DNA of 64,000 bases from an uncultured candidate division Zixibacteria bacterium (GTDB taxonomy: Bacteria; Zixibacteria; MSB-5A5; GN15; PGXB01), in the NCBI GenBank assembly GCA_963702205.1, contig OY969724.1, forward strand, positions 1,888,001-1,952,000, given 5' to 3'. Under the pieces are notes generated by a model, which was given only the letters and a program-made list of their open reading frames with translations, was not told the DNA's origin and searched no databases. Below, piece after piece: positions 62,131 to 64,000 of the stretch. A program made the position numbers and the translations under genes. Within the stretch, counting starts at the first letter, position 1. Every line of letters begins with the position of its first letter.

Positions 62131-62358
62131 ATGGTCCGAACTTCATTTGAGGAGCTTGACAAGGTGACCAGAAACCGTTACGAAGCCGTTTTGATCGCTT
62201 CACAAAGAGCCCGCCAGATAAATTCGATGAGACTGGCGCAACTGGAAAGAATGGCCGAAGAAGACATCTCGATCGACGGCCGCAAAGTGACATCCATGGC
62301 CCTGGCCGACCTGGCTGCGGGGAAAATAAAAACACGCAGGAACGACCGGCCGGAATAG
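62131..62358 (+). CDS. rpoZ: RNA polymerase omega subunit
   Basis: NRYEAVLIASQRARQI; AGGAGG SD; follows gmk. Confidence 0.88.
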   Translation: MVRTSFEELDKVTRNRYEAVLIASQRARQINSMRLAQLERMAEEDISIDGRKVTSMALADLAAGKIKTRRNDRPE

Positions 62359-62365
62359 GGATTTG

Positions 62366-64000
62366 ATGACCAAAAATCTTTTAATAGTTGAATCACCAGC
62401 GAAATCAAAGACCCTGAAGAGGTTTTTGGGGAAAAGTTTCGAGGTTCTCTCGACCATCGGGCATGTTCGCGACCTGCCCAAATCAAAGCTCGGTGTTGAC
62501 CCGGAAGATGGCTTTAAAATCGACTACGTGACGATACGGGGCAAACAAAAAATCCTTAAAAAGCTGCGCGACGCCGCCAAAAAATCAGACATGGTATATC
62601 TGGCCCCCGATCCCGACCGCGAGGGCGAAGCCATCGCCTGGCACGTGGCCCAGCAAATCAGCGAGCCCGACAAAGTGGTTCGGGTGACTTTCAATGAAAT
62701 TACGAAAAAGGCCGTCCTGGCGGCCATAGAAAATACCCGTGACATCGATATTAATCTGGTTAACGCCCAACAGGCTCGCCGGGCACTGGACCGGCTGGTG
62801 GGATACAAAGTTTCGCCGGTGCTGTGGAAGACGGTGGCCCGAAACTTGAGCGCCGGACGGGTGCAGTCGGTGGCACTGAGAATTATCTGTGAACGGGAAG
62901 CCGAGATCGAGGCGTTTGTCGAAGAAGAGTACTGGAATATCGAGGCTCTTCTGGCCGATAAAAACAAAACCGAACTGCTCTCAAAACTGGTCAAAATCGA
63001 CAGTGACAAACCCGAGATAAAAAATCAGGAACAGGCCGACGGCATCGTCGAGGAACTGAAAAAGCTCGACTTCACCGTTGATGAAGTTAAGAAATCAGAA
63101 AAGAAACGTAATCCTCTGCCACCGTTCATAACCAGTACATTGCAGCAGGACGCCGCCCGCGCTTTGGGTTACTCACCCAAGAAGACGATGATGATCGCCC
63201 AGCAGTTGTATGAGGGCGTGGAATTGGGTGATGAAGGCGCGACCGGTTTGATTACGTATATGAGAACCGACTCGACCCGTATTGCCAGCTCGGCCATAGA
63301 TCAGGCGCGGGAATTCATAAATAATACATATGGGTCGGAATATCTTCCCGGTAAACCGAATTTCTACCGGGCCAGGAAAGGCGCGCAGGACGCTCACGAG
63401 GCGATCCGACCGACCTATCTTGACAATCCGCCCGCTAAAATCAAAGGGTCTCTGACCCGCGACCAGCTGCGGCTTTATACTTTGATCTGGAACCGATTTC
63501 TCGCCTGCCAGATGACTCCGGCCGTGTACGATACAACGTCGGTCGACATTAATGCCGGCAAATACCTCTTCCGATCGACCGCCCAGGCTTTGAAATTCGA
63601 CGGTTTTCTCAAAGTGTACGATGAAGCCAAAGAAAACGGCAACGGTGCCAACGGCGAAAACGGGTTTGTCGATTCTATTCCCGAACTGGGAAAAGGCGAT
63701 AAGCTGCGCCTGGTCGAGCTCAAACCCAGCCAGCATTTTACAAAACCGCCGGCCAGGTTTACGCAGGCATCGCTGGTTAAAACGCTGGAAGCCGAAGGGA
63801 TTGGTCGTCCGTCGACCTATGCCTCGATTATCTCGACCCTGCTGGACCGCAAATATGTTGAACTGGAGCAGAAAAAGCTCTCTGCGACGGAACTCGGTAA
63901 AACCGTCAATAAGATTCTCGTGGATAATTTCCCCGACCTGTTCAATGTGAAATTTACGGCGCATATGGAGACCGATCTGGACCAGATCGAAATGGGCAAA
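62366..64000 (+). CDS. topA: DNA topoisomerase I (runs off the window end)
   Basis: LIVESPAK, GHVRDLP, DPDREGEAI, SAGRVQS, ITYMRTDS, QDAHEAIRP, GIGRPSTYA. Confidence 0.95.
   Translation, partial: MTKNLLIVESPAKSKTLKRFLGKSFEVLSTIGHVRDLPKSKLGVDPEDGFKIDYVTIRGKQKILKKLRDAAKKSDMVYLAPDPDREGEAIAWHVAQQISEPDKVVRVTFNEITKKAVLAAIENTRDIDINLVNAQQARRALDRLVGYKVSPVLWKTVARNLSAGRVQSVALRIICEREAEIEAFVEEEYWNIEALLADKNKTELLSKLVKIDSDKPEIKNQEQADGIVEELKKLDFTVDEVKKSEKKRNPLPPFITSTLQQDAARALGYSPKKTMMIAQQLYEGVELGDEGATGLITYMRTDSTRIASSAIDQAREFINNTYGSEYLPGKPNFYRARKGAQDAHEAIRPTYLDNPPAKIKGSLTRDQLRLYTLIWNRFLACQMTPAVYDTTSVDINAGKYLFRSTAQALKFDGFLKVYDEAKENGNGANGENGFVDSIPELGKGDKLRLVELKPSQHFTKPPARFTQASLVKTLEAEGIGRPSTYASIISTLLDRKYVELEQKKLSATELGKTVNKILVDNFPDLFNVKFTAHMETDLDQIEMGK

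Overview
Bacterial chromosomal window of mostly housekeeping genes. The dockerin-repeat and cohesin/FlgD-Ig secreted proteins suggest an FCB-group organism, probably candidate phylum Zixibacteria (inference). It carries central metabolism (eukaryote-type citrate synthase, pckA, pta, maeB, gdhA, deoBC, two FAD-linked oxidoreductases), an LPS cluster (msbA, three GT9 paralogues, GT2), mlaEFD, rel, xerD, comF, prfB with its programmed frameshift, an ECF sigma/anti-sigma/lipoprotein unit, yicC-gmk-rpoZ and a truncated topA. Highlights: (1) an AT-rich REP-associated HUH tyrosine transposase module with two covarying REP hairpins, bracketed by a 54-bp duplicate of the 3' end of the neighbouring DUF1998 helicase that differs only at synonymous sites; (2) three +1 frameshifts that all fall immediately 5' of GTAC, possibly a DNA-modification footprint in the sequencing; (3) an archaemetzincin homologue lacking its catalytic residues, coupled to a small Zn-finger gene and the MrfA-like helicase; (4) two candidate structured RNAs; (5) a non-cellulosomal cohesin/dockerin pair. 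No rRNA, tRNA or CRISPR array was seen. All product calls come from motif recognition, not database searches.
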